Positions 40,330 to 54,809 of a stretch of DNA of 64,000 nucleotides are shown piece by piece. The DNA is from Eledone cirrhosa (lineage: Eukaryota). The notes under the pieces were generated by a model. That model ran no database searches, was not told the origin of the DNA, and worked only from the letters and a program-made list of their open reading frames with translations. The translations under genes and the position numbers were made by a program. The stretch lies in assembly GCA_964016885.1 (NCBI GenBank), contig OZ024746.1, positions 69,998,001 to 70,062,000 on the forward strand. The letters run 5' to 3'. The stretch's first letter is position 1; the number at the start of each line of letters is the position of its first letter.

Positions 40330-40425
40330 TGTTATTGTTGTTGTTGTAGTAGTAGCAACAGCACTAGCAGCATCATTAGTAGTAGTAGTAGTAGTAACAG
40401 CAACAACACTAACAGCAGCAGCAAC

Positions 40426-40487
<62 letters not shown>

Positions 40488-40560
40488 CAGCAGCAGCAGC
40501 AGCATCAGTAGTAGTAGTAGTAGTAGTAGCAACAACAGCACTTGCAGCAGCAGCAACAGC

Positions 40561-40634
<74 letters not shown>
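40330..40634. repeat. (AGT)n/(AGC)n compound microsatellite
   Basis: Direct reading. Confidence 0.95.
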
Positions 40635-40770
40635 GTGTGGGAATGATTCCCTGTTTATGTGCCTCTACAATTCATCCCATTACTCCCCTCCCTCCATACT
40701 ACAGTAGACATCCGTTTCACTGAATAATAACCATTTTATTCCTTTCCTTTCCTTTTATTTATTCACTTAC

Positions 40771-41157
40771 AGAAGGTTTGCTAAAAGTTGTGTGTTCTGC
40801 TTTCAATATCAATTTTGGTTTTCTCATAAGAATTTGTTTGGAATTAAAACAGAGCCTTAATGTTCGCATCTCATTTACTGACTGTTTTTCACGTTTGGAA
40901 GGTTGAGTAGAAGCAGCAGTTAATATGGCTATATAACAGTCGCCATTAACGAAATAACTTTCTAAAAGTCTGCATGGCGTCTTTGATCCTTTTCTCTTGT
41001 CTACAGGCACTTTCCCTTGACTGTATACTTTCATTCAGTCGCTCTGCCGATGAAGCATTAGCAGAATAAACAGTTGTTTAGTGATAGATTTTAGCTACTC
41101 TTGTGCCAACCGCCACCATCTTCCGTAATAACATTTGAAAAGTAATTTTCTTTTATA
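40771..41157 (-). promoter_or_regulatory. Candidate TATA promoter and first exon
   Basis: TATAAAAG at 41157-41150, CGGAAGATGG (ETS/YY1-like) about 30 nt downstream, unique sequence ending at donor CT|GTAAGT (40770-40765). Confidence 0.35.
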
Positions 41158-44100
41158 GGTTAGCTTTCATTCATTTATTTATTTTTAATGGTCAATCATT
41201 TTCTTGTGAGCTATTCATTGAAAATCAGAAATATATTTTATGTGAAATGCTTCGATGAGATTCAAATACATTTGCAGACTCAAAGCTATATGTACGTTGT
41301 AGATCAGTTCTCTGGATTTTTCCTAAAATCTTTTATCGGAAACATTAAATTTTACTTACTTACTGAAACATATTTTATGTTTTAAGGAGTTAGTTTGTTG
41401 CTTGATCGTGTGATCAACAATCTTACATTCAGTCATCTTTGGTTCGTAATGTTTTCAGTTTTGTGAATTTCTAACAACTGAAAATAGTATCAAGATTTTG
41501 GTAGTGACGGGAAATATTGTAGATGATCATATCAGCTCCATGTTACCGAAATGCTTCCACTTCCGCTGCTGCTGCTGTTGCTGCTGCTGCTGCTAAATTA
41601 TATGAGAAGCGGTACTATAATCCCCAGGAAACTTACATCGCAATTCAACAAAAAAACCTCCCATCAACAACAATATTTAATGCGTTTCTTGTTTCTATTC
41701 ATGTGTAAAACGTTTTATACTCCTTAATAATTGTTTCTACTTTAGGGTTATAGACATACATGGTGCCAATGTACGAACCTCGGCTGGTTTATGATAAACT
41801 AACCACTCACTCTTGCTCTGGTTTTTTTCTTTCTCTAACAACAATATATAGCATCTATTAATGTATACCATCCATTAATTCGGCTCGAATTAAGGAAAAT
41901 CCTACAGTATTCTCTTTGCTTTTCATAAAAGTTGTAGGCTTCATTGATCAAATTCCATTCTATTCCAAGATACTTACAGACGCCGGGATTTTTTTTTTCT
42001 TCACTGAAATCTTATCTCGGCTTTATTTTCTTTTCAGTTTGTCTTGTCTTTCACCCAAAATAATTTCTTCATTCACTGAGTTTATTCTTTATTTTATGGT
42101 TTGATTAACAACTCTGAACCTCTTGTTTTTATAATCATGTTTCCCCTCTTTCAAAAAATACATCTGAGATTGCCTTATCCTTTTATTTTGTTGTTGTTAT
42201 CGTTCTTTTTATTTAATATTATTATTAAATTAAATTAACGAGTCTGAACTACATGTTTCAGTGATTAGGTACAACAGTTTTGTTTGATAACGAGTTTTAA
42301 GACTAAATAGCAGATAGAATACAGATCTACTGATTAACACCCGCTACATTCAGTTCCGCTCCGGTTTTTTTAAGCGACACATTATTATTCAAAATTATAT
42401 TTTCTTTCAACATTTTAGCATTGCTTTTCTTTTGCTCCTAACAAGTTGCAGTTATTTTATGAAATACTTCATCTAACCTATTTAAGCTCTTTTTTCGCCG
42501 TCTTATTTCCGTTTTCTTCTCCTTTTGCTGTACATTTTGTGCAATTTATTTCTATTCAATATTCTCATTTAATATCTCTGTTCAATTTCAATATGTTTTT
42601 TTAAAGTAATTACGATACTTAACGTAGCATCATTTGCTTTTAACGTGTTACATACTGATAAGCTTCTAATTCGTACTTGTCTTACTTACATGTCTATGTG
42701 GGTGAATGTATGTGCGTGTGTATGTATGAGCATGTGCATGTATGAGCGTGTAGACGTGTGTGTAAGCATATGTGTTTGTATGAGTATGTGTGTATGTTTG
42801 TATATATACGTATGATGTGTGTGTGTGTATGCACGTGTGTATGTGTGTGTGTTTGTATGCATATGGTGTGTGTGCACGTGTGTATGTGTGTATGAGCATG
42901 AGTGTATGTTTGTTTGTATATATTCCTATGATGTGTATGCGTGTGTGTATGTGTGTATGTTTGTATGCGTATGGTGTGCGTGTGCACGTGTGTATCGAGA
43001 ATATGTGTGTATGAGCATATGTGTATGTTTCTGTATATACGATTGAGGTATATGCGCGTGTGTATGTGTGTGTGTTTGTATGCGTATGGTATATGTGCAC
43101 GTATGTATGTGTGTATCAGCTTGTATGTATGTTTGTATATATTCGTATGATGTGTATGCGTGTGTGTATGTGTGTGTGTTTGTATGCGCATGCTGTGTGC
43201 GCGCATGTGCATGTGTGACTCTCTTTGTGTGTTTTCATGTACGCATATAATGTATAGTTGAGTTTCCTTTTAACAAGATATGTATTAAATCTTTTTGAAA
43301 ATCTCATTGGGTTCCAAAAATTTGCATAAAAATTCCAAATTAATTTGTTAATATCTTGCTTATAATGTATGTGTCGGTATTTATAAAGAAACAACTAAGT
43401 AAAAAGTAATGTTTTCTTCCAGTATTAGAAATGCCTCCAGAAAACATTTCTTTTAAAGCAAAGGAAAAAATACTTGGTCATATTTGATATATAATTTTCT
43501 TTGTTAAACAATTATTTCCAAGAATTAATCTCGATAATTTAAAGGTTAATTTATTATATTAAAATCTGGAGACCTTGTTTTATGGAGATAGAAGTGAACA
43601 TGAATAGAAGCAGTGAAGAAATATTTTTCAGGCATGTTTAATGTAAAGACAACTGTACTTCAGTAAATGTTGTGATGGAAGCCATATTGATATTTGATAC
43701 AAATACAATGTATAGTGTTTGTTTTCTAATATATTTTAGCGTGAAATTTCTTTCACATTATATATCTTTACGGCTTACAACTGCGCAGGTTTTGTTGACC
43801 TTACATTCCTATGAGTTTGCTTATCAGGAGTGGTTACTTATGTATTTACAGGTAAAACGAACTACCAGCAGGCCCATCGGTAGACCTTGAGCAAGATGGT
43901 TGAATAACATCCATGGCCTCGACTGGTCTCGCTTGGAGATCCAGTCGGATGAATTGGAGACGGTTGCTTCTGACAGTACCCAATAGTAGGCGTGTCTGTG
44001 GACTCTGCACCCCCCCCCCCAACGCTCCCCAAAATAAGTAGGCAAATAAAAAGAAGAGAAAGCAGGATCTCAGACCTATCATGTCGCCATTTTTCATTAA

Positions 44101-44294
44101 TGACGTAGTGAAGTTTGATCATCGAATACAGAGAGCTAGAACAGATACTGCAAGATATTTCGTAGTGTTCTATCAATTTAACTTATCAACGGCCCTCGAC
44201 TAGCAATTTATTTGTTGAAAGAACAACAAACAGAATTGACATCGGTTAGATTTGAAATAAAAGCGCAGAGAACTGGAACAAATACGAAAAAAAG

Positions 44295-44620
44295 GGTAAA
44301 GACCCCTTTTGGTCACGAATAACCATGGCTTTTAGACATAGAAAGTTTTCCTCCGGGGCACAAGACCGGGCAAAGTGTTTTATGGAAGACCATCAGTCGT
44401 CCATTCATACCAGTCTCCTCTCTCCACGCCTCCGATGTTGTCCAAGGGAAAGACAAAGGCCGATACAGCTTGGCACCAGCGACGTCGCAACTCATTTCTA
44501 CTGCTGAGGGAACAACAGCGTGAAATAAAGTATCTTGCTGAAGGACACAACGCATTACTCGGTCTGAAAATCGAACTTACAGACTCACGATTCTGAATCC
44601 AACTCTTTAACAAGTAAACT
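44295..44620 (-). mobile_element. tRNA-derived SINE (CORE/V-like family)
   Basis: Minus strand: ttggattcagaatcgtgag..gttcgattttcagaccgag..tgcgttgtgtccttcagcaagatactttatttc. Confidence 0.65.
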
Positions 44621-45444
44621 ACCCACTTTTAAAGAACAAATAGCACAAAGTATTTAATCTGACACTGTAATAACTCTGCCAATTCATCGCCTACAAATTA
44701 TATATGAACCGCTGAAGAGATACGTAGCCATCATATGAAGAATAGTATAGTAGAAACAAAAAAAATGTCTTCCGTATCTTGTCTCCTGTAAAACAGATCT
44801 GAATAAAGTTTTAACACTGACAACAATATAACAATTAAGGAAATTTATAGCCCGCCATCCTCATTTGACAATGATTAAATTACCAGAGTTCCACACTAAA
44901 GGAAAGCGGTGATGCGATCTTCACAATAGACTCGGTTCATAAGCGGATCCGTTCTACACGCGACAGCAGTTTTTCAACATAACTCCACAGGTCAGCAATA
45001 AACGAACATTAAATGGATGCGTGCAGAAGTTTCGTCGCTTTTCTCGCATCTCGGACAGGCCCATCTGAATAATACATTTACATTTGCAATCTGTCACTAT
45101 CCATATTTACATGTGTCTTCTATTGTATTCAAAACCCTGCAAGTGTAATTTGGTCGACGAAAATTGTTCAGACGTATTTTTCTTATATGTATATAGTGCA
45201 TGGTTAACAACACTCAAGAACATTAAAAGCAGTCAACACATGGTACGATGTATGATATTTGTTTAACGCTTAAATAAAAAAGGAAATATATGACGTAGTG
45301 GTTCAGTAAAATCAAATAAGTACCAGACTTGAAAAAAATAAATATTGGGGTCGCTATGATTGACATAATCTCTTCAAAGTAGTGCGGCAGCAATTTGATC
45401 AATTGTTTGGAACAGCTGATGGGTTAGAAAGAATGATGAAGTTA

Positions 45445-45802
45445 ATGTCTACCTCAACGGCCTGTCGCCACTCTCGGAGTAAGATGAAATATGCTCCGAT
45501 AGTGTGATAAGGGCAGATGAGATGCGAGAGAAAACCGGTGGATGCACAAGACGCAGCTTGATCATTTTTGATTGTTTTACTTACGAGATCTAAAAGTATA
45601 TGTCAGGCTTGTTCGACAACTGGCAGCAGAACGTGAATATATCCAAGTTCTTTGAGTCGAAGAATGGTAGTGGTACTCGTAAAAGACGTAATGGATAATG
45701 TCCATCCCATAATTTTATTGACTGCAGATGCAGAGCTTAAGATTTTCGCCAAGGTGTAAGCAAAAAATTCGGCGTTTGTCATCGAAAGTTTGGTGGGGGA
45801 AA
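45445..45802 (+). pseudogene. Old degenerate fragment of ORF2 from the same Tx1 lineage
   Basis: YLNGLSPLSE..IRADEMREKTGGCTR..NWQQN..MDNVHPIILL..ELKIFAKV*AKNSAFVIESLVG aligns by eye to ORF2 YLDGLPRLSA..MTGCTR..NWQQN..IDNFRPITLL..EFKILAKVLAKRLALVVGGLVG. Confidence 0.8.
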
Positions 45803-45981
45803 GCGTAATCATAATATTTGGTTTGTAGTTTTTCTTCCTTTTTCCTTTCTTTCCATTTAGTCTAACCTTCGTCATCTGAAATTGTTACCTCAACATTTAC
45901 AACCTCATCTGTATTATGGCGGCTTCGAAAACATACCCGCTTTTCATAGTTTCATATTCCACAATGCTTTAAGCTAACTGT

Positions 45982-46054
<73 letters not shown>

Positions 46055-47442
46055 TCTCTCTCTCAATATATATATATATACTGGAAAATATATCTATTAA
46101 ATAGATTAGATTTAGAAGTGAAGCGTTGCGTTGTATTAAATGATGAATTACAGAAGACATCCATGAAGAATGGCGAGAGAGGTTTATGGACATTAATTAG
46201 AATAGAAAGGTTTACAGTTTTGTCAAGTGTGAATAAATCTGAAAGCAGGCTCTATCATTTAGCTTTCTATCGACTTAGTTATTCGATTACACGTGATGGA
46301 AACAGTGTTGTAAAGCCAAGAAAGCCCCCTTTGAAATACTGATATTCCATCTTTGTTTATCTGAATGAATCATAACATTTAGTGGGGATGGGAGGGTAAA
46401 TATGTTAATTATGGGCGTGTTCTTCAGAATAAAGAGCACAATGTCTTCAATATTGGGCTTGCACGCTGCGATAATCTTTATATTTCACGAAAATGGTTGA
46501 ATGGTTATGTTCACTTCATAATCTAAAGGTCCCGGTTTCGATCAAACTATGTGAAATTTTGTGGCGTTTACCATAGCCTCAAGTCGATCAAAGCCTTGTT
46601 GGAGAGAACAGTGAATTTTGAGAAGTTATCTAAACCGCAGCTAGAGAAACCAAAATCTACAATGGACCGTAGCTAGAATGTAACATGTCTCAATCCTATA
46701 TATACCTTCAATGTACAATCCAATATTCCCCAAACCTATTAAATCTGAGCCGGAAACCATGACCTACAGAACAGGCAAATCCAATCCAACCCAGGGCCTT
46801 TAAACTCCTATTGGAGAACTCCTTCTTGATTGTCATTCACCACGTTTTTTGTTTTGGTTTTTGTCATATCAAGGGTGGAGCTGTACTCACCGCATTTGGC
46901 CAATTGCGGGTTGGTAAGGCTATTTAACACATAGCTGGGATGGATGGCTGTTGACTCTGAGGAATTCATCTACCCTTTTAACAGCTCTTGTTCCGCTTAC
47001 CCTCCCCACTAGACCAGGGTCTAGTAGGGGAGCTGATTTAGTCGATAACCACTCGATCATGAAGCAGGTTGTACTGGGTTATTTAACTAACAAATTTGAT
47101 TGACTAATATGGTTAACACCATTACAACTTGTAAGTGTCTTAAGCATATAATAAACCATGCACAGCCACTTAACGAGCTCGCAAATAAAAAATAGGTTTT
47201 GTAGACAGTAACCCTAATAATTTCGGTAACCTTGGTAGTATTAGAAACAATTACAATTGGCAAAATAAAGTTACGGCCCAGGAAAATCTTTGACAAGTTA
47301 GCTGTATCACTATGTTAAAAACACAGCACTTAACAATATGCGTCAGAATATGTACGGACAGCTTCAAAAGTCGGCACTTAAACCACATGTACTTTAAACA
47401 CACAGAAAAAAGAAACAGAATACCATTATCAAGTTACACATG

Positions 47443-47628
47443 CAGTGGATTGACAGTATCGGTAGACGGTTGGACGCCATGTTTTACAGCATAGAGTTAC
47501 GGCCCTTTACAGTCTAGTTCAAATCCCACCGTAGTTAACTTTTCCTTTCATCCTTATGGGATCGATAAAATAAAGTACCAGTAATGCACTGGGATAATTG
47601 CTGGCCTTGTGCCAACAGTATAAACAAT
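47443..47628 (+). mobile_element. tRNA-derived SINE
   Basis: SINE head and core. Confidence 0.8.
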
Positions 47629-48059
47629 TATCAAGTTATACATGGCACACGGAAGAGAACAGACAACAATTACACCACCTACTCCACACTGCACTTTAGA
47701 AACAAGTGCTTATCCTGTTTATATATATGTAACCTCTGTAGTGATAAAAATTGCATAGACCTCAACAAAACAACTTACATTGAATGCAAATTAGAATTAA
47801 TTTCAATGTACACCATAAAAACAAATCCATTGTTTCATATGGCAATAGAATTATCAATCCAGACTAACGAAATGGGTACACCCCAACAGTTCGGAACCAC
47901 CATCTTATAGACAAGACAAACTGAAAGCCAAGATATCCACGCACGATGAAAAACACCAGTTTTCATTTTACAAATCAGTCCCACTAGAGGAACAGCACAG
48001 AGACATGTACCTCTGAGCAATGTAAGGTTGCTAGTTGAAATTATAATTCACATATCAAA

Positions 48060-48445
48060 TATGTGGTTAGAGCAGTAGGCTTGCAATCGAAAGCTTGTGA
48101 GTTCAATTCTCGGACCGGGTGATGTGTTGTTTCCTTGAGCAAGACACTATATTTCTCGTTGCTCCAGTTTACTCAGCTGAAAATGAGTACCAGCAATAGC
48201 TAGAGGTTTAACTTTGCGATGGACTGGCGTCCTGTCCAGGGAGAAGTCTTGTACTCTCAGTCGCTTCACGCCATGAAACCGGAATAAGCACCGGCCAAAT
48301 GAGCCTTCTGGCTTAAGACAGACTTTAGACTTACGCCTGCCCGCCCAGCCAGTGGGATGGCGTCATCGCATGGCTAAAACAGCAGTGCTGTGACCAGCGG
48401 CGCCGAATGGCGCCTGACAGACTGGTCGATCAAGGTGATCAAGGT
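48060..48445 (+). mobile_element. tRNA-derived SINE (CORE/V-like)
   Basis: gtggttag..gagttcaattc..ccttgagcaagacact..gcgatggactggcgtcctgtccaggg. Confidence 0.7.
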
Positions 48446-48477
48446 GATATCAAATATCTACTGATCATTCTTCAAGG

Positions 48478-49330
48478 TCTTTTCACATTAACGCAGATGT
48501 CCCCGGGTATCTATCCTGGGTCCTACACTGTTCTTAATTTTTATCAATGACCTTCCAATGACATTTTCTGAGTTTTGATATCTTTGCTAATGACATAACT
48601 TTTTATTCTTATCTTAATGGTAAATCTGATATGTTTGATTAAGCTAAATTGGCAGCCAATCTTGAATATGAGCTTTGATCTGTTAAGTGAGACAAAAAAA
48701 TAGCTTGTTATCTTTAATACATCTAAGACTAAACTGCTATTTTAATCACCATAGAGAACCATTAGTATTGTTGATAATATTCTTCAAGAGAATGATTATA
48801 TCACGTCGATTGCCAAGTCTGTTGCCTAGAAATTTGGTTCGTTCAGTCGTGCCAAAAAATATTTCTCGCCTGAATGTATATCGCCTGAATCTACCATTCT
48901 TTCTTATATTGAGTACTGTTGTCACATCTGCTCTCATCCTGACTTATTATGTCGGCTTCAATCATTATAACACCGTCGACATTTTGCCTTTCTTTGGCTT
49001 TTTTTATAAATATTTTCATGGACATTATTCTGGTGAGCTCTTCTTTGTTGCCTTATCTTCACTAGTTTTAATGGAGAATAAGGTTTCATTTATTTACAGT
49101 TGAAGTCCCTAAACACAAATTCTATTCTGATAATTTCTTCCCTCGCACACCTCGCTTATGAAATTCTCTTCCAGCTTTTTGTTTTCCTGGCCACTACAAT
49201 TTGGAAAAATTCAAAAGGAACATCAATTGACATCTCTCTCCTTGAATTATGTTCTCTCTGAATTATCCTGTTGCCTTCTCAGTAGCCCCTTGCATTTTAG
49301 GGGCTTTATTTCCTTGGCGCGAGCAAGTTA
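48478..49330 (+). pseudogene. Degenerate CR1/L2/Jockey-group LINE 3' fragment
   Basis: VPxxSILGPTLFLIFINDL..IFAND-like RT motifs; many stops. Confidence 0.6.
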
Positions 49331-49829
49331 AAAATATAAAATAACAAGTTTCTGTTTACCTTCGTCATTGAACTTCAAGTTATATAATCACATTTACAAA
49401 CAATCCACTGCCTAACTAACTATATATATATATTACTTACTTTTGTACTTGTGCTGGCGTTCACCCGGGGTGGGTTGAACCGGCTCTATCGAAGGAATTC
49501 ATGGTGTCCCTCACGAACGCAGACCACGCACGACAATCGGAGGCAATTGAACTGCGATTCCAACCGTGGATACCAACACATTTGGACCCAGGTGGATTTT
49601 GACGTGGCTTTTCAGCTGTCTCCCGCGTCGTTTGCGCTATCCTTGAAGTGGTTGTGGATCAACTGCTTCGCGGATGAATTCACTCCATTGACATCAAAGT
49701 GCTTGGCCTAACCATCTCAGTTGATGTCCACGAAGAACGATCCGGATCGGTTTGATGTTTCAACGCGAACAGACTGCTGTATTCGATAGGAGGTGGTGCC
49801 AGTCGATGTTCAATCAGCCATCATCTAAA

Positions 49830-50220
49830 TTCCCTTGTTTACTTCCAAGATTGGCATGAGGGTCAATGTAGCAAAAACCAAGATCTTGGCCACAGATTTT
49901 GCTCCCTCCGAAAAGCTACCAATCATTATCAACAGAGAAACCCTTGAGAAAGTCAACAGCTTCAAATACCTAGCTCTATGGTCACCGCAATGAGCCAGGG
50001 AAAGGTGGATTTCGATGCCCGCTTTGACAGTGCCTGCGCCTGCCTTGCCTTCTGTCGGTTGAGATCTCGGTTGAGGTCTAGGCAGATCAGATTGAAGACG
50101 AAAATACGAATCTACCAAACCTTTGTCTACCCAATCTTCCTCTATGGCTGTGAGTCATGGCTCTTGAGGATAACCGATCTGCACATGTTTGAAGTATTTG
50201 GTCATTTCTGTCTTTGCCAC
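49830..50220 (+). pseudogene. RTE-like LINE fragment
   Basis: [47 protein letters not shown]. Confidence 0.75.
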
Positions 50221-50229
50221 AACTATATA

Positions 50230-50309
<80 letters not shown>

Positions 50310-50472
50310 CACGTGTGTGTGTGTGTGTATCTATGCGTCTGTGCGCGCGTGTGTGTATGTATAATAGTGGTCTATATAAAAGCATATACGATATACCTAA
50401 CTCTATTCGAGAACTGAATGTTGTCATCTCTCCTCTTCTCTCTCCATCCATCACTCTCTCCACATTTTATAC

Positions 50473-50505
<33 letters not shown>

Positions 50506-50511
<6 letters not shown>

Positions 50512-50923
50512 AACAAAAGATGGTTAAAAGAGTTCCATGTATTTTATTATGCGCATTTCAAAAACAAATATCATCATGCAATAATATTTGTGTTTTCATC
50601 AGATAAAACGGGAGGACATGACATGAAGGTTAAAAAACACTTGTGGATAGTTCAGTTTTAAATCAACATATCCATAAAACTGCACTATTCACAAGTGTTT
50701 TTTAACCTTCATATCATGTCCTCCCGTTTTATCTGATGAAAACACAAATATTATTGCATGATGATATTTGTTTTTGAAATGCGCATAATAAAATACATGG
50801 AACTCTTTTAACCATCTTTTGTTCTTATATATTATGTATACTCCAGTCCTACAAATTGTAGAGTGCTTCTTATCCGATATCTGCATTGCTTTATAGCACT
50901 ACAATAAAACTCACCTCCTACAT

Positions 50924-50925
<2 letters not shown>
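50506..50925 (+). mobile_element. PLE fold-back (arms about 50506-50660 / 50676-50830) plus tail, in (TA)n
   Basis: Near-perfect IR of about 155 bp; related fragment at 18320-18512. Confidence 0.8.
50726..50794 (+). ncRNA. Type I hammerhead ribozyme (mirror copy in the left arm)
   Basis: GTTTTAT CTGATGA AAAcACAAATATT..GATATTTGTTTTT GAA ATGCGCAT A ATAAAAT; palindromic stem III ATGCGCAT. Confidence 0.7.
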
Positions 50926-50963
<38 letters not shown>

Positions 50964-51394
50964 AGTGTGCAATAAGGAGAGAGAGAAAGAGAGAGAGGGG
51001 AGAAGCAGAGAGAAGTTGAGACGGCGAAAGAGAGAAGGAAAAACGAAGCAGAAATTTAGGTAAAGATGTGATAATAGGTAGTTTTAGTTAGCAGTATTAA
51101 AATAAACATAAACGTGATTGTGACTAACATTGATTACAGAAAGTACTACTGATCAACTATAAATTGTTGCCGACACATTAATTACTAAATTATACCCTAT
51201 CACCAATAATCGATAACTAATACAGTTTGATGTGTTATGTATCAATAGATTAAACCCGTTTTTGTGTAATGGATCTGACAAACGAGTTTGCTTTAGAAAA
51301 CCGGATCGTCTAGCACTCGATAATTCTACATTTACAATTCTGTTTCTGCTATTTTTAATCTTAACAGTAATGGCTACATACAGTCGTTTGAAAT

Positions 51395-51558
51395 AGTTGT
51401 TTCTACGTTTGGCACAAGGCCAGCAATTACCCAGTACATTACTGGTGCTTTATTTTATCGACCCCGTAAGGATAAAAGGCAAAGTTAACCTCGACGGGAT
51501 TTGAACTCAGACCGTAAAGGGACGTAATTATGGTGGAAAGCATGGCGCCCGACACTCT
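51395..51558 (-). mobile_element. tRNA-derived SINE
   Basis: SINE core. Confidence 0.85.
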
Positions 51559-51639
51559 CAAATAGTATCCTATAGAATGTTACTGAGTGTGAGCAATATA
51601 TATATATCGCCATGTTGAAACTCTCCCTCTCTTAATCAC

Positions 51640-51718
<79 letters not shown>

Positions 51719-52567
51719 ATAAACATGAACACACATAACTACACACACATTCCGCTGCCCTTCGGTTCACAATGTTTGAGTTTATACGAGTTTATTTAGC
51801 TATCGTTAAAATTAAAGCTTGTTAAAAGCGCGTGTTTCGAAAAAAAAAAAAAACGTATTATATCAAAGGGAAATAACTTCAAGATGCAAATTTGAAATTT
51901 GAGATTGTTTACGTGTTTGTGTTCGTATACTTTAGAAATATCGTATTATGTGGTGGAATGTAATTTAAGCAGGACAGTATAGGAAGTGTATTGTATTATG
52001 TAAGTGTGGAAAGAGAAAGAGAAGGAAAAGATATTACGAAAGAGTGTAAATCAAATTACGGTGGTTGAAAATCAGTCGCATTTCTTAAGTATTTCCACTT
52101 AGCAAGCTGTTAAGTTTTGAGAATGTCAGAGAGAATGCGGCTTTCTGTGTTCTGAGTTCAAATTTCAACTTTGCTGTGCATCTTTTTTTTTATAAACAAA
52201 CACAGTACCTCTTTCTTTTTCCATCCCCTCTCTCGCTCTCTCTTTCTCTTGATGGAGTCATTTGTCACCGCAGTGATATACGGCATGTTATGAGCACTTC
52301 AAATATAACATCTGTGAAAAAAACTTCACAAGTAGAACAAGGGTTACTGGTGTTTATACATTTCAAGATCTCCATAACGCTCAACCAAGATTTACGTCAT
52401 AGAAATCCATACAATTATTTATAGCACAAGGTAGATTATCTCCCTTCTTTTCTTTCTCATATATATTTTGTCATATATATCGTAACTTTTCCTCTATGTC
52501 TTATAATATCTGTTTATTTTATAGATTTTCGATCTTTCTTTGTACATGTACACACATACATAAATAG

Positions 52568-52618
<51 letters not shown>

Positions 52619-53188
52619 AATAAAACTTTTGTTGTGCACATTCGTAGGGTTTCAATGATTGTTTCAAAGCAAGAATATGGTGTTTATTTTTTTGGCACAT
52701 GAAAAGCCACGAGTTGCTGAAAGCAAAATTGCTTGCACGTGAAGTTCACATAAGAGCCTGGAAAACTATCAAAGTCAAAATAAAAGAAGTGTAAAAGCGA
52801 TTTTCAATCAGAAAAAAATTGTAAATGCAATATTGAGTTTTCTTTACAAATACAAGCGAGAAAATCGGAATACATTTGTGTCCATATTGGATAAAAATAA
52901 TATTGCTTATTTTTCTGAAGATAGTTTTCCTCTATACTTGTCTCTTTACTCAGTTAAATTATAGAAAAACATACGTTTTCTTTCCATATTTTGAAACATT
53001 TGAAGCTAGGCTATATAATTGTATATGAGTAGATGTATTTATAAGTATTCGGACAACGAAGCTCTTATGGATATATACATATATTAAGGAATACATTTAT
53101 ATCATTGTATATTTGTATATGAATATATATGCATATATACATAGATATGTGAATTACACAATTATACATGTATGTATGAATATTTGTA

Positions 53189-53248
<60 letters not shown>

Positions 53249-53513
53249 GATATATATATATATATATATGTATACACATATATATATATATATGTATACA
53301 CATATATATATGTATGCATATGTATGCATGTAATTATGTACATATATACGTATGTATGAACATGCATATACGTATGCATGTATGTATATATGTATGTTTA
53401 GCCGACATATTTACAATTGACAAAGAGAAGGTGAAAAGCGTGTTACTGGCACAATGTCCTGTTACCATGAAACAGTTCTAGTCCTGTAGAAGTAATATAG
53501 AATAATACTTTGG

Positions 53514-53779
53514 TAGGGTCATGTTGCCAATAAGAAACACACGCACCAGTTGCTTTCACTCCAATTTATTATAAATTTAAGAATTTATAAATTTCCGGTT
53601 GTTTGGTTGGTTCCACAACCGGACGGTTGTTCATATATTGTCAAAGTTCTTACGTCACACATTCTGTAACCTCTTCAGCGTGTGTTTCTTATTGGCAACA
53701 TGACCCTCCGAAAGTATAACAATATCGGTTTCAACACACGTTTTCAGATAAAGAATCTTGCTAAACAAATTCAGAAACG

Positions 53780-53782
<3 letters not shown>
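53514..53782. mobile_element. Family-5 PLE end: inverted body plus short IR (53514-53543 / 53679-53708) and tail
   Basis: Reverse complement of 30438-30635; hammerhead-like CTGAAGAG GTTACA GAATG TGTGAC GtAAG on the minus strand. Confidence 0.75.
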
Positions 53783-53838
<56 letters not shown>

Positions 53839-53839
<1 letters not shown>

Positions 53840-54020
53840 ATAACAAAGATGGTGTAGTAAGATACCAGGTGGACAATAATGTACCAGATTATTCAATACT
53901 TAGGTTAGTAGAGTGGGTAATATGAAAAGATTCAGGATGCCGGCCACTGAGCTCCTGCCGTTTCGACAGCTAGATCCAACTCATTTACCTACCTTGACAG
54001 CAAGGTTGGTAAATGAGTTC
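53839..54020 (-). mobile_element. Diverged family-1 PLE end plus tail with terminal hairpin
   Basis: Homology to 7165-7294; hairpin aactcatttacc..ggtaaatgagtt at 53978-54019. Confidence 0.7.
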
Positions 54021-54733
54021 ATCCCTGGATGATAAGATTATCAAACGCGTCTCCAAAGCAATTGACGCCTTTGGCAAACTTTATCATCGTCTATGGGATG
54101 TCAGAGGTATATCCCTGAAAACGAAAGTTGCAGTTTATCGTGCAGTGGTTCTAACAACACTTTTATAGAGCTCTGAATCATGGAAAGTTTATTGCACTCA
54201 CATTTATAAGCTTCAGGTCTTCCACAAACGTTGCCTTCTCTCGATTTGAGCCATTTTTGATGCAACCCAAAGTCAGATGGTCTGGTCATGCTTTATGGAT
54301 GATTAAGGACCGCACACCCAAGATAGTGTTATATAGTCAAATTCATAATGGTGAACGTAATGTAGACAAACTATTACTCAGATATAATAACTGAAGTACA
54401 ATTTTAAATCTGTGAACATACCTCTTACTTCTTTTGAGACTCAAGTTGCTGACCGTGGAAAATGGAGACCTGTCTGCCATGGTGGTATAAAGAACATCGA
54501 AAAATCTTGTCTGGTCCACTTTCGTAATCTAAGATCTAACAACATGATCCGATCAAACCTTCCCAACTCCGCTTAAAATCCTGTCATCTTCACTAAATGA
54601 GGCTTGATGTGTAAATCAGCAATTGGATTAAAGTGCCATTTAAGATATAACCATAAACATTGAATTGAGAAGACTGTTGAACGCTTATACATCGTATGAC
54701 GGCTCAGCAGGCTTCTCAGTTATACGGGAGCGT

Positions 54734-54740
<7 letters not shown>
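54021..54740 (+). pseudogene. RTE/BovB-like LINE 3' fragment
   Basis: SLDDKIIKRVSKAIDAFGKLYHRLWDVRGISLKTKVAVYRAVVLTTLL*SSESW..RTPKIVLY. Confidence 0.8.
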
Positions 54741-54802
<62 letters not shown>

Positions 54803-54809
<7 letters not shown>

